This document shows positions 1 through 11,560 of a stretch of 64,000 nt of DNA, in pieces. Every line of letters starts with the position of its first letter. Position 1 is the first letter of the stretch. The translations under genes were made by a program, and so were the position numbers. Origin of the DNA: Lama guanicoe (lineage: Eukaryota); the NCBI GenBank assembly GCA_013239625.1, contig MU056905.1, forward strand, positions 24,647,758 through 24,711,757, written 5' to 3'. Under the pieces are notes generated by a model. It did no database searches. It worked only from the letters and a program-made list of their open reading frames with translations, and was not told the origin of the DNA.

Positions 1-469
1 GGACCCTGGTATCTCGGCATCCTCTGTTTAGGTAATTGGTACAGCAGGGAGGGCTTCATTGGACCAATCGTAAGTTTTCTCCACTGAAGGTTTACAATAC
101 CCAAAATACGTTTCACTGATTTTAAATGAGTCACTAGACACAATCCAGCCAAGGAAGGCACATATCTTAGAAACTCTGTTGCTTAAATTCTTCTCTGAGA
201 GTTGGGAAAGGCAGAATTCAAAACCCAACACAGCCAATTCTTAACATTAAAGATGTAATGCTCACTCTTTTCTTTCAGAATACTCTTTAGCTTATTGCCT
301 TGGTACACTTCAGACTGTTGTCAGTCCGAAAGAAAAGTATGACGTAAGAATCCATCACATCACTAAGCCCGTCACTATTGTGTTTCTGTTTCCAGCCTAT
401 TCTTACTGTTGCTATTGCTTCCTCCTTGCCCTGGGTCATCCCATATCCAGATGACCTGGTGTTGCTCCA

Positions 470-665
470 AGGACATGACAGTTCTTGGCATATGGGCTAT
501 CATCGATCCTCTCTGCCCCCATGGCAGCCGGCACTAATTAACTGATCACAGCACACTTTCTCAGAGAGCTGGGTCTTGTGCATGAAGTTCTACTCAGGAG
601 AGCCCCAGGCAGCCACCACTGATCAGTGAAAGTTAGCATGGGAGAGAAAACCTATTTTCCCAATT
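470..665 (-). mobile_element. hAT-Charlie MITE, MER117-like
   Basis: 'catggcagccggcactaattaactgatcacagcacactttc...ggcagccaccactgatcag...aaacctattttcc' resembles the reverse complement of a recalled MER117-type consensus. Confidence 0.5.
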
Positions 666-1019
666 AAGCAGTTTCTATTGACTTCGGGAAATGAAAAATG
701 AGGATTTAGCTCACTTACAATATCCCTTCTCCTACCCTTTCTCTTCCAGGACTTTTTAGTTTTCCTACCAAAGCTCTTTGTAATTTTAAGTAATACAGTT
801 AATTTCCTCTTTTTTGTTCAATCAAGTTTAACAATATTTCTTGATCTCATACTTCATAAGAAGGGGGTAATAGCTTTCTTGTAGCTTCTTCATTTTCCTC
901 CCTCGTTTTACTTTCCCATGACTTTTATATTGTGATATTGTTAACGTCGGCATCCTTTTCTTTATATTGTGTGTCCTGCTCACTCTGGATGAGACAGTCT
1001 GCCCCCACCAATCTATCCA

Positions 1020-1238
1020 TGGTAGCCTGCTTCATTTTTCTCTAGAGCATTTTTCACTACTTGAAATACTATATATTTATTTTTTAGTTATCCCTTCTAC
1101 CCTCCCCCACAGCTAGAGTTTAAATTTAATGAAAGGAGAGGATTGGTTTGTTTTTAGTGCTATATTCCTAGCACCTCAAATACTGTTGGCATAGTAAATG
1201 AGGTGTTAATAAGTACCTGCTTAAGGAAAAATGAATTC
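1020..1238 (+). mobile_element. L2 LINE 3' end fragment
   Basis: 'tatattcctagcacctcaaatactgttggcatagtaaatgaggtgttaataagta' is a degenerate L2 3' terminus. Confidence 0.7.
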
Positions 1239-1667
1239 TAAGCATGCTTCACACCCCAGTTAATTCCTGTTGGCAGAACCAGCCCTTTGTGCCTGAAGCT
1301 CTCTGACCAGGTGACATGAAAGGATCATCTCACTTTCTAGGGCACTGAAAACTTCCACTGAAGGGATTTTCCAAACTAGGATCCTATGAAAAGAAATTTA
1401 CTTAACTTATTAAATAGCTTTAACTTTATAAATATATTGGCTTCCTGCCTCTTAAGGAAATGGAACCCAGAACAGGAACATTTTGATACAAAGGAGGAAA
1501 AAGAAGGGGAAATTTGAGAATAAGGGTTTGCTTAAGAAGGTCAAACTTGGGGAGTCTTGGGATTCTGCAGCTCAGAATATAAACTGAAAGGAGAGATAGA
1601 AAAGGAAAAGGAACTTTACTTACTGAAAATATTCCTTCTTGCTCTGGCTAACAGCTACATGATAGTA

Positions 1668-1772
1668 GCAGTGTTCTGAAAAGACTGGCCTTTGAGTCAG
1701 ACAGACCTGAGTTCCTATTCTTTTCTGCTCTTGGCTGTGTGACATTGGATACGTTTCTCAACCTCTCTGAAA
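1668..1772 (+). mobile_element. MIR SINE fragment
   Basis: 'tttgagtcagacagacctgagttc...ggctgtgtgacattggatacgtttctcaacctctctga'. Confidence 0.75.
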
Positions 1773-1889
1773 ATTAATTAGCATTATTCATAAAGATGAA
1801 CCTATGTTTAGTGACATCTGTATATTTCTCCTCAACTACTCAAGCATAAAATAGAAAGTCAGTGCCCTGGGGGAAGAGAAGGAAACAAG

Positions 1890-2333
1890 GGCTATATTAT
1901 TCAGTTATAAATAATCAGAGGGGCTATATTTTAAATGATAAAAGCACTTCATTATCTCACAGGATAAGGAGTGTGGTGCTGAGTCATTTCTGGGTTAGTT
2001 CAATGACTCTGTAATGTTAATGAGCAAAGTCAAAGTCTTGTTTGGGCTGTTTCCTCAAGGTTTAAGATGGCTACAGCAGCTCTGAAGGATATCCTAACAT
2101 GACAGGAAGGTTAGAGAACAGGAACAGGGTTTCTTCTCACATTCTTCTTCCTTTAATCAGGGAAGAGACCCCTTCCCAGAGGTTCCCAACAACTGTCATT
2201 TATGCTTAGCCACAAGGAATGCTGGGAAATGAGTGTGTGGCATTTCCAGCCTCCAGCATGGAAGCAGGCTCCACCCAGAGGAAGCAGTGGATAGACTGGC
2301 TATTGGGTAGACAATTAAACAATATCAACTCCA
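1890..2333 (-). mobile_element. MaLR LTR (MLT1J/K-like)
   Basis: 'aagatggctacagcagctc', 'ccacaaggaatgctgggaaatgagt', 'ggctattgggtagacaa' typical of old MLT1 LTRs in reverse. Confidence 0.65.
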
Positions 2334-2489
2334 GAGATCAAGCGGATAGGGAATATGTTTGGAGCAGATACTGTCATTCATCTTCAACACATGGTACTGA
2401 CCGGGCAACGGTAGACCACGCCAGAATATCTTTGCGTAAGTCTGAAGAGTAGGCTCTTAATCCAGGTTACTGAATGAGAGTCACCATTT

Positions 2490-2650
2490 CCTACTATGTA
2501 CGAGATGCTTTATAAACACAAATGTATGTATGTTTTCCAGCAGTATCTCATAAAGTGGGTAGTATTATTTCTCTATTAAAGAGACCCAGAAATTTATAGC
2601 AAGTTGCCAAAGGCCCCCAGCTAGTAAGTGGCTGAGCTAGATTTTTCTCA
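2490..2650 (-). mobile_element. MIR SINE fragment
   Basis: 'gcaagttgccaaaggcccccagctagtaagtggctgagctagattt' matches the antisense MIR core. Confidence 0.7.
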
Positions 2651-3509
2651 CTCCTTGTGTTTGTTATACTTTTTTGCCTCCACCACACTCTTCCCCAGAT
2701 GCCTACCTGCCCTGGCCAGGAAAGAAGATCTTCCTCTCAGAGGCAGTAAGACAGCCAAATGACTGCCTCTGGGGCCTTTTCAAACACAAGTCATCTATGA
2801 AGCAAGCATTCTTTAATGGCTTGAAGAGGTCTTTTAATTATTTTTATTTTTCTCCTGTTGACCTAAAACTATTTTTTTTAAAGTGTGCTTAGGTATGATT
2901 CAGTGATTCTGAATACTTTTTTTCCCTCCTTTTTTAATTTTTCTTTCTGACTGCTCCACTCTTGTTTGCAACTCCCGTGGCTGGATAACGCCAGAGCAAG
3001 TCTTTGGATGTCATTCATTTTGAAGGATGACTTTCTTGCATGACTTGGTAAGATCTGAAAAGAGGATAACCACAATGGGGAGGCTGTGGTGAGGCGTCCC
3101 TAGGCAGCTGGCCGTCTTAAGCATCCAAATGTAATTGCTCTATTTTATTCACTGCAGCCTGCCCGCTGTGTTCATCAAACTGCCCAGTGAACAGAAGGTA
3201 ATCAGGGCCGAGATGGCCTCAGAAAGTCAGGCACGTACAACCAAAGTTAAAAATATGTAAAAAAATGACTTGGATGTGACTTGCTCTCATAGAACTCAAT
3301 TTCTGGATAAGAACAAGAGGAAACAGTGCAAAACTGGGGCACAAAAATTCATCTTTGCCGAACAAAATGCAGGGAGAGCTGTGAACATTTAATAACTTTG
3401 GTATCTAACTGCCCATAGTAAGTGCTTGCTTAATGCATAGACAAGACAGGGAGATTCAGAAAGCAGGCATTTCCAATTTATTTAAGGAACTCTTTGATCT
3501 GTTTTGAAA

Positions 3510-3681
3510 NNNNNNNNNNNNNNNNNNNNNNNNNNNNNNNNNNNNNNNNNNNNNNNNNNNNNNNNNNNNNNNNNNNNNNNNNNNNNNNNNNNNNNNNNNN
3601 NNNNNNNNNNNNNNNNNNNNNNNNNNNNNNNNNNNNNNNNNNNNNNNNNNNNNNNNNNNNNNNNNNNNNNNNNNNNNNNNN
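3510..3681. other. N-run (172 nt)
   Basis: Seen directly. Confidence 1.
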
Positions 3682-4329
3682 CTATTCTCTTCTCCAACAT
3701 TACTCTATGGAAGAATCCGCTTAGGAGGATGTAACGCTCAGATCCGTTTTATTTCCGGTCAGACGTGCATTTGTGGTTTATGGCTTTAAACTACAGTTGT
3801 AACCACGGTGTTATTAAATCTCATAGTCTCATCCAGATTCTGTCCAAGTCATCTGAAGCCTGAGAGCAATTTCCAGGACAATGTATCTCATACCACTTTA
3901 GCATTTTAAGTTCACCATAGAAATATGGTAAAACTAGTACGTTCCCCCTCCCTCCATGAACTGTGCATGGTACACTTTCAGCAACCACTGATAGCATAGG
4001 TACACCCATGCCTTGAAGGGAAAATTTTAAGGCAAATGGAACCATCAGTTACCGGCAATGTTTCTTTTCTGAGGATCCTTTAGATAATAGATTAAAAGAG
4101 AGAGAGAAGGATAAACTAAACGTCAACAGTGCACACCTAGGGAAGTGAGCTCTGCTGAAATTCAATAGATAACACTTGAATTCTTGCTGACAATCCAGCT
4201 TTAAAGAATGGTAGCTCAATAAAGGTATAGGAAGTCGCCAGAGTCAGCCTTGGGCAAAATGGTGAAGAAGGCAGAGTCTATCTTCAGAGTTGTCCTTGTC
4301 CCCTGTCCTTCCTTTCTTTCCCCCTCTTC

Positions 4330-5170
4330 CTTCAAAAATATTTCTAGGCATATGCTATCTGCCAGGCACCAGGCTAAGCTCTGAGATTCAACAGTAAACA
4401 AGACAGCATGGGCTTTGCCCTAAGATAGCTGATGTTTTAGAGAGGAAGAGGCAATATAATAAGTGATGACCAAACATGTGCTCAAAGCACGAGGCCTGGG
4501 GAATTGCCAGGTGCCCTTGGAGTGCATGGCTGGGCATCCTAAGTGTCAGAAAAGTTGCCCTTGAGGAAGCCAGGACTAAAAGCTTGCATTAGCTGGGAGT
4601 TGGCGTCGTTGGTGAAGACTTAGGAAGAGTGTTTCATGGACAGAAAACAGCATGAGCAAAGGCCTAGGGGCAAGAGAGAGTGTAGCTTGTTGTAGAAATT
4701 GAAGAGTTTTCTATGCCTGGGTCTAATATTTCCAAGGGGGAGGTTGGAGAGAGATGAGAAGATAGAAGTTAAGAAGAGATTAGATTATAAAGAGTTGATG
4801 TTAAGGATGAATCTTGAGGACATTATTCCAAGTGAAATAAACTGGTCACAAAAAGTAAAAAAAAAAAAGAAAGAGTTTATGTTAGAAAAGGTAAAGGGTT
4901 TGAACTTCATGCTCAGAGCAGTCGGGAGCTATTAAGGGTTTTCAGCAGGGGTGTGGTATGGTGAGATTAAAGATCACTGGTGACAGTCTATAGCAGTAAT
5001 TGGAAGGATGCGAGGATGAAGGCAGAGAGGATGGGCAGAGGCTGCAGTCACCTGATGAGGGATAGCAGTGGCCTGGAGGTAGGCAGGACTATGGGATGGA
5101 GAGATTTGGAGGAGGGACTATCAGCAGGACTCTGTGGCTGACTGGATGTGAGGGGTGACTGGGAACCTTC
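4330..5170 (-). mobile_element. L2 LINE fragment, interrupted at 4804-4869
   Basis: 'tatctgccaggcaccaggctaagctctgagattcaacagtaaacaagacagc' ... 'tggctgactggatgtgagggg' antisense L2. Confidence 0.8.
4804..4869 (+). mobile_element. 66-bp retro-insertion of an L1M 3'UTR-derived sequence with poly(A) and 15-bp TSD
   Basis: TSD aaagagttgatgtta (4789-4803) / aaagagtttatgtta (4870-4884); AATAAA 4836-4841; A-tail about 4850-4868. Confidence 0.8.
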
Positions 5171-5209
5171 AGAAAAACTCTCTCTCAGAGAACTGAGAAT
5201 AGATTCATT

Positions 5210-5290
5210 AAGAGAATTGAGCATATTTAGTCAGGAGAGGAAGAGTGAAGAGGAGACATGAGAGGTATTTTCAAATATTTAGAGTAGTAT
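5210..5290 (+). mobile_element. L3/CR1 LINE fragment
   Basis: 'tttagtcaggagaggaagagtgaagaggagacatgagaggtattttcaaatatttag' resembles the CR1/L3 3' region. Confidence 0.55.
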
Positions 5291-6440
5291 TGCTTTAAAA
5301 ATGTTCTGATTAAATTTATTGTCTCCCTCTGAGTGACCAGCTAAGAGTGCATCTATTAAATTGCTGTGTTAACCAAAGACAATGAGTTGTGTGTAGGTGT
5401 TCTCTGAACTCCTGCCTTGCATCGTAGAAAATTAGGAGAGGCCGGGAAGTATGTCCCAGTCCAAATATTCTCCAGCACAAACCTAGGGGTGAGGAAGAGG
5501 AGTCAGGGTGCTGGTGAAAAGGGCAGCTGAGCTCCAGGGGTCTGCTGCAGCTGTTGGGTACACGTGGGTGCAGAGTAGGTGCTTCTCAAACTGAGCTGTA
5601 CTGTGGGGCTTCAGAGGGTAGAGGTAAAGTTGAAAGGAGCCAGATACCAGCAAGGCACAAGGAAGAACTTTTTGCAGATTGTCTGGCAGTTGTTTCAGTG
5701 AGGTGAGTGCCTTATTCCTGAATGTGTTCAGGTGAATGTGACCATACATCTGTCAGGCAGGGGTGTTTCTTACTGAGGTCCACATCACATGGTCTCTAGT
5801 GTCTCATGACTGTCTGAGAATAAATGATTCTAAGGAATCACGCTCCCTGCTAGCGAGGGGAAGCTGTCCATCTCTCACTTGTTGCTGCACTATCACAAGT
5901 CAGTGTGAGGAGCACAAGATTATTGTTACAGAGGCTTTGAGTCTCTCCAAAGATCACCATTGCTCTGTTGTTCCAGGTATTTGCTGTCTTACAGCTGCAC
6001 TGCACTGCGGTCTCTAGATACCGTCTTTGCTTCTCTGAATGAAATTGAAAAGAGAATTCCCATTTTTTCAAGCAAAAGTGATCCCCCTAAGTTCTTTCAT
6101 GGAGACATTTGTTTTATGATTCAATGCATGATAGCAAGTTGAGAGATACAATTAAGAAAGGTCCAGAGGAAAATATTGTATCAATTCTGCCTCTATGTTG
6201 ACTACCTTACAATAAAGATGCAGAGAATCAATCTGATGTTAGGGCTTAAAGTGAGCACGAGTTATTTGTGTTGTTTATGATTCCTTCTGAAAGCACTTAG
6301 GTGCTCTTCATAATATGGACAAACAGCTACTGAGGACCCTCCTAAAACTGTCAAATTCATTTTACTTATGTCCAACTTTTTGCCCAGGTTTGCTAAGTAA
6401 ATAGAAGCGTAACACCTCGTGTGTCACTCCTCTTCCTCAG

Positions 6441-6472
6441 GGTTATGCTTTTGAAAGCATTCTCAACAGGAG
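6441..6472 (+). other. Candidate 32-nt microexon of an unidentified transcript
   Basis: Acceptor ctcctcttcctcAG| and donor GAG|GTAAGT in repeat-free sequence; no expression evidence. Confidence 0.3.
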
Positions 6473-6518
6473 GTAAGTTTCATTAGTGCTTGGAAAATAA
6501 ATTGGCGAGGTGACAGAT

Positions 6519-6650
6519 NNNNNNNNNNNNNNNNNNNNNNNNNNNNNNNNNNNNNNNNNNNNNNNNNNNNNNNNNNNNNNNNNNNNNNNNNNNNNNNNNN
6601 NNNNNNNNNNNNNNNNNNNNNNNNNNNNNNNNNNNNNNNNNNNNNNNNNN
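6519..6650. other. N-run (132 nt)
   Basis: Seen directly. Confidence 1.
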
Positions 6651-6939
6651 TGCAGTCAAATATCTGAGCTGATTCCAGTACACGTAAACAAATGTAAGCA
6701 CATTAACTCTGTTAATAATTTTAACAAGTAATCTGTATTTCCCATTAGACTGTCTCCAGTTTTGCCTTGGCATAATTAAAGATATCAGCAGTGATAAGCC
6801 TAATGTGTTATTTAAAATATGCATGTATTGAAGTCTTGCTTTTATCATTAACTACATCGTGGTGTAATCTGTGTAGACATCATTCAAAAATTAGACTTTC
6901 TCTTTCTCTGGAGTAAACACAGAATAGTGAGAGGTAGCA

Positions 6940-7120
6940 GAAGGAGGCCCCAAGGGGTAGAGTAGAAGCCACAGATGAAGAGTAGAAAGTCTGAGTTCGA
7001 GTCTCGACTTTACCGCTCAAATACTCACGTGAGATCTTTAAGCTTTCTGATCCTGTTTCATCATCTCCTGTGACAGAGGTGGTCCTAATGTTTTCTCTCG
7101 GTGCTAACATGCTGGTTTCT
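6940..7120 (+). mobile_element. MIR SINE fragment
   Basis: 'gtctgagttcgagtctcgacttt...aagctttctgatcctgtttcatcatct'. Confidence 0.6.
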
Positions 7121-7269
7121 ATGAGGCAGACACTGACTCTCTACTTTGCTAATAATTGACAGTTGAATACAAAAGCCATTGCCTTTGTGTTTGTTTTTGC
7201 TCAAATTTCATACAGCTGGACTATATGAGCTCAGGTGTGTGTGTCTGGAGAGTTGGTCAGGAGATGTGT

Positions 7270-7364
7270 TTCTCTTGCGGACTGTTGTTATATCTGCAGC
7301 ATCAAGCTTAGTGCCTGAAACTTGCTTAATCTGTATTTGTTGGATGAATAAATGAATGAATGCA
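7270..7364 (+). mobile_element. L2 3' terminus
   Basis: 'cttagtgcctg...tatttgttggatgaataaatgaatgaatg'. Confidence 0.65.
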
Positions 7365-9537
7365 TTCTTGTCATCCTACCTTCCCGTGGAGATGGATTAG
7401 AGAGATTGGCTGGGCATCCCCACTCAGTATTCCTTGTGTTACTATCGTTCAGCTAAATGGAAACATCATGAAGTTACCTCTGAAAGTACACATTTAATGA
7501 CATGACATGACACTGAATGCCTTCTCCTGGCCTTAATGAAATGGAAGTGATTCAGAACAAACTGCTGCCTCCCGGACAGTTCGCTGCACTTGCCTGTTAG
7601 TCAGAGCAGAGTGGAGATGCTTCTGATAGTCAAGGGGAAGCAGAGGCTTAATTTGTCAGTTTCCAGCTCATTCAAAGTGGGAACCAGCGTGTGCTACAAA
7701 CATGACTTTTGAGAACGTTCTTTGAGTACTCCGCGAACATTAAAGCCTAAACCATGCTGAAAACAAAAACAACTTTTATAATACCAGCTATGACTAATCC
7801 AGTGCTTTTGTTCATTAGATAGAACAAACATTCTGATATGCAATCAAATATCTACAATTATCATGAAAGCCTGAGAAAAATCCTCCCTGGCATGAGATCT
7901 TATCTTGGCACACAGAACAGATAAGATTCATTCCTTGATAGACGATCTCCATGCCCATGTGATCCCAGTAAACAGTCTTTTTGGAGTGACTTTTAGCAAA
8001 TGGGTGGCTTATTCAGGGGTTTATCTGTTTAAGTTCATCACTCTCTGAAATCGTCTTTGCATATATTAGCATATATTCATTTCACTGATTCTTTGTTTCT
8101 TTTGATGGGGGATACTCTGTCTGCTCCTTATTTCATCTGCTTTGCTTTTGAAGCCAAGAACCCTTTTTTTCTTCAGGTGTCCTTTGAAAATAAATTCTAT
8201 TTATTTATAAAAAAAAAAGCAAGAGTTCTAATAGCAAGCCCTCATTAAGGGCAAAGCTCCACATGAAAAATTGTAGTGCCCTTCCTCCTGCATCAGAATC
8301 TCCTAGAAAGAAGATGGAGAGAAATTGTTTGAGAGTATTAGGAATTCCTGAAGTGAATGAGATCAGCTCCAAGGTGACATCAACCTCTCTTGGATTAGTG
8401 ACCTTTTGCTTGGTTTTTCTTGTTTGCACAAGCAAAGGCTTTTGACATATTCCCCAAGACCCTTAATTCCTCTCTATTTGGCACATTACCAGCATCATAA
8501 AAAAGAGAGAAAGAGGGAAGCTCTCATTTTATCTTTGAGCTGCTTAAATATTTATGTTCTAATTTGTTATTGACTTCATGTGGAGTTTTATCAAAATATA
8601 GATGGAAAAGTTTAAAGATCGCTCCTGGGAGAGCACTTAATCCATTTAAAAATAAATTTCTAATGGCCAGATTTTCTGGGCTTAAAACATGAAGCTATGA
8701 AAGAAAGCAAAACCAAAGAAGCCCAGTTTATATGCTGACATTTGTAGACAAGGATAAAGGAAACTTGGTAATGAAAATGCTAATCAAATATCACTGTGAA
8801 TGCATATTTTTTTTCATTTTAAAAATATTTGATGGAAGCCTTTACTAGATTCCTACTTTAATTACTTTTCATTTGCAAAAAAAAATCAAACCTGATTAAA
8901 AACACCTTCGTGTAAACCCTTGGGAATGGGTCTTCGTTGCATTTTGCCTCTTATTTCTATCTCACTTCTAGTATATGCATGCTTTCTTAAACACTATGTT
9001 AGTTCTTTCAGAAATAGCTACATGTTAAATGCAGAGACTGGGCAAGATCTATGGAAAAGAACTGAATCTCTAATGGTAAAATTCCAAAGAGCAGAAGGAG
9101 AGATCAGTTTAGACAGATCATATACACACACATTCTTTCAAATCCAGCCATATGGATCTATGCTTAAAGATATGTCCTCTATCACTGCTGTCTTTATGAC
9201 ATAGCTAACAGTTATCCTTCTATTCTAAGACCTTGCTGACTCTGTTTTTGACCAGAGTTCTTACAACGAGTTACATATTGCAAAGAAGAAGATCCTTATC
9301 TAACTGAGGAGATTGTTGAATAGCTACTTCAAAATTCTAATCTACCGAGACATTTTATTAACAAAAGTAGTATATATTTTCATTATTTTATAAACATCAG
9401 ATACTACTTTGTGTATTTCAATCACTAGAAGATTTTCTTATTTGCTTGGGTAAGAGTTTCGCATATTTTAGGCCTCAGATCAGGTCCAGTTCAGGAAAAT
9501 TTTTATGGGTACCCAAAACAAAAATAAATTTGAATGT

Positions 9538-9610
9538 AGAAAGAAAGGAAGGAGGGAAGGATGGAAGGGAAAGGAAAGGGAAGGGAAGGGGGAAGGGGAG
9601 AGAGAGAGAA
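9538..9610. repeat. Purine-rich (GGAA/GGGAA)n low-complexity tract
   Basis: Seen directly. Confidence 0.9.
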
Positions 9611-10165
9611 ACCCTATCTACCCCCAGATTCTTGTCTGGCCTCAAGGAAGTGGGACACAGCTTCTTGGGGAATGGACAAGATCCCTGCTAAAGAGACAGA
9701 AGCAGAAAATACCTGTTTACGACTTCTCACAGAAGTAGTGCCCATTCCCTTCAGATCTACCAGGCCTGGCTCAGAGCTAGATCTCCTTCAGTCAAAAAGA
9801 CAGGCATGGAACCTGTCCTGAAGTTGGTATGCACACTGGCACATACCTGCTACAAGCTACACCCTCCTGAGCTAAGAACAAATGGCAGAGTTTTCAGCAC
9901 AGTACATGAGAAGGCTTCCAACTTGGAGGCTGTAGGGTGAGCAGAACTTCTGGAGTTCCCCCAACTCCCTCCTGAGAGATTTAATGGTGTGATTGTCTCC
10001 TGTTGAGAATGGAGAAGCCCAGATATTGGAAAGCCCTGAGAAGTGCCTTCTCAAGCCTCTTGTGCAAACTGCATGTCACCCAGATCTAATACCAAAATTC
10101 TGGCCTAATTTCTTACTACTGTTCCAGGACCATGTTTGCTATTCACTCAAGTATCAGACGTGCAG

Positions 10166-10209
10166 TGCATTAGTCAAGGTTCTCCAGAGAAATGGGACCA
10201 ATTGGGGAT

Positions 10210-10246
<37 letters not shown>

Positions 10247-10979
10247 GTTGTCTATCTTTACTACACATAATACATGTGACTTATTATAAGGATTGAGTCA
10301 CACCATTATGGGGACCCACAGTTTGCCATCTGCAAGCTGGAGGCCCAGGAAAGCTGGTGGTGTAGTTCGAAGACCTGAAAACTGGAGAGCTGATGGTGTA
10401 GATTCCAGTCCAGGTCTGGAAACCTAAGAACCAGAGGCATTGAGGGCAGGAGACCGATGGACCAGCTCACATAGGCAGACAGGGAGAGAGCGATTCCAGC
10501 CTTCTCCTGTCTTTCCTGTTCTTTTCACACACTCAACAGATTAGATGATGCCCACCCACAATGGGGAACGCCGTCTGCTTTACTCAGGCCACCGCCGGTC
10601 CAAATGCTGAACTCTTCTGGAAACATCCTCACAGATACACCCAGCAATAATGTTTAATCAGATATCTGGCCTAGTCAAGCTGACACATACAATTTTTAAA
10701 AAAATCTTTATTGTTGTATGATTCCTGAATAGTAAACTACACATATTTCAGATGTACACTTTGATGAATTTTTATAGATGTACACAGCAATGAAACCACC
10801 ACCACAATCAAGGTAGCTAACATTTGCATCATTCCCCAAGAGGTACAAATTTTGAATTCCCTGTTTACCCCTTCCCACCACTTTTACCCTCCGGTAGCCA
10901 TAAGTTTCTTATCTATGTCTGTGAGTTTCTGCTTTGTAAAGAAGTTCATTAGAGTTGACATACAAAATTAACCATCACA
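10166..10979 (-). mobile_element. ERVL solo LTR, MLT2 (MLT2B/C-like), interrupted by an L1-derived insert
   Basis: Ends 'aaaattaaccatcaca' (reverse of TGTGATGGTTAATTTT); perfect 5-bp TSD TGCAG at 10161-10165 and 10980-10984; internal (TCTG/TCTA)n. Confidence 0.9.
10693..10952 (-). mobile_element. Chimeric L1 3' fragment nested in MLT2
   Basis: Old L1MC/MD-type 3' terminus (about 10693-10837) joined to a younger artiodactyl-type L1 3'UTR piece (about 10845-10952); degenerate TSD 10678-10692 / 10953-10967. Confidence 0.65.
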
Positions 10980-11439
10980 TGCAGTCACCCTGAAACTGGC
11001 TACCTGGTTGTGGTCTAGGAGTGACTAAGCATGGTAAGTCTGGCCCAGGACCCTGCCGCTCTCAGAGACCTTGTAGTCCGATGGGAAGACAGGGCCTCCC
11101 TGTTGCCCATCTCTGGGAAGCACAAAGGGAAGTGTGTCTCTGGGTGACTGGCTTGCACAGCTTGTGGGGACAGAGAGCCATGATCAGCTTTGTGCCTTAG
11201 AAGATCACAACAGGAATAGGTGATGCTGAATTGATACATCCAGAAAGAGCGTCAGAAGCGTGTTTCTTAGTAATAGGAAGTACCTACCGTAGCAGCTAAA
11301 GGTCTGAAATGGTTGCTTCTAGGAAGTGCTCCCGAGAGTGGGAGGTGTTGGAGGGAGAGGAGATGCTTGTTTGCCATTTAAACCTTTGATTTCTATTTGA
11401 TTTTGAAAAATCAGGTATAATTTAAAAATAATACTATAG

Positions 11440-11560
11440 ACATACATTTATGCATAAATGTATGTATGTGCACATGTATATATTGAATATGTAAGCATGT
11501 GTGTATATTATGTATGTATGTGCATAGATGTGTGCCTGTATATATGCATACACATGCATA
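11440..11560. repeat. Degenerate (TATG/TG)n simple repeat
   Basis: Seen directly. Confidence 0.85.
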
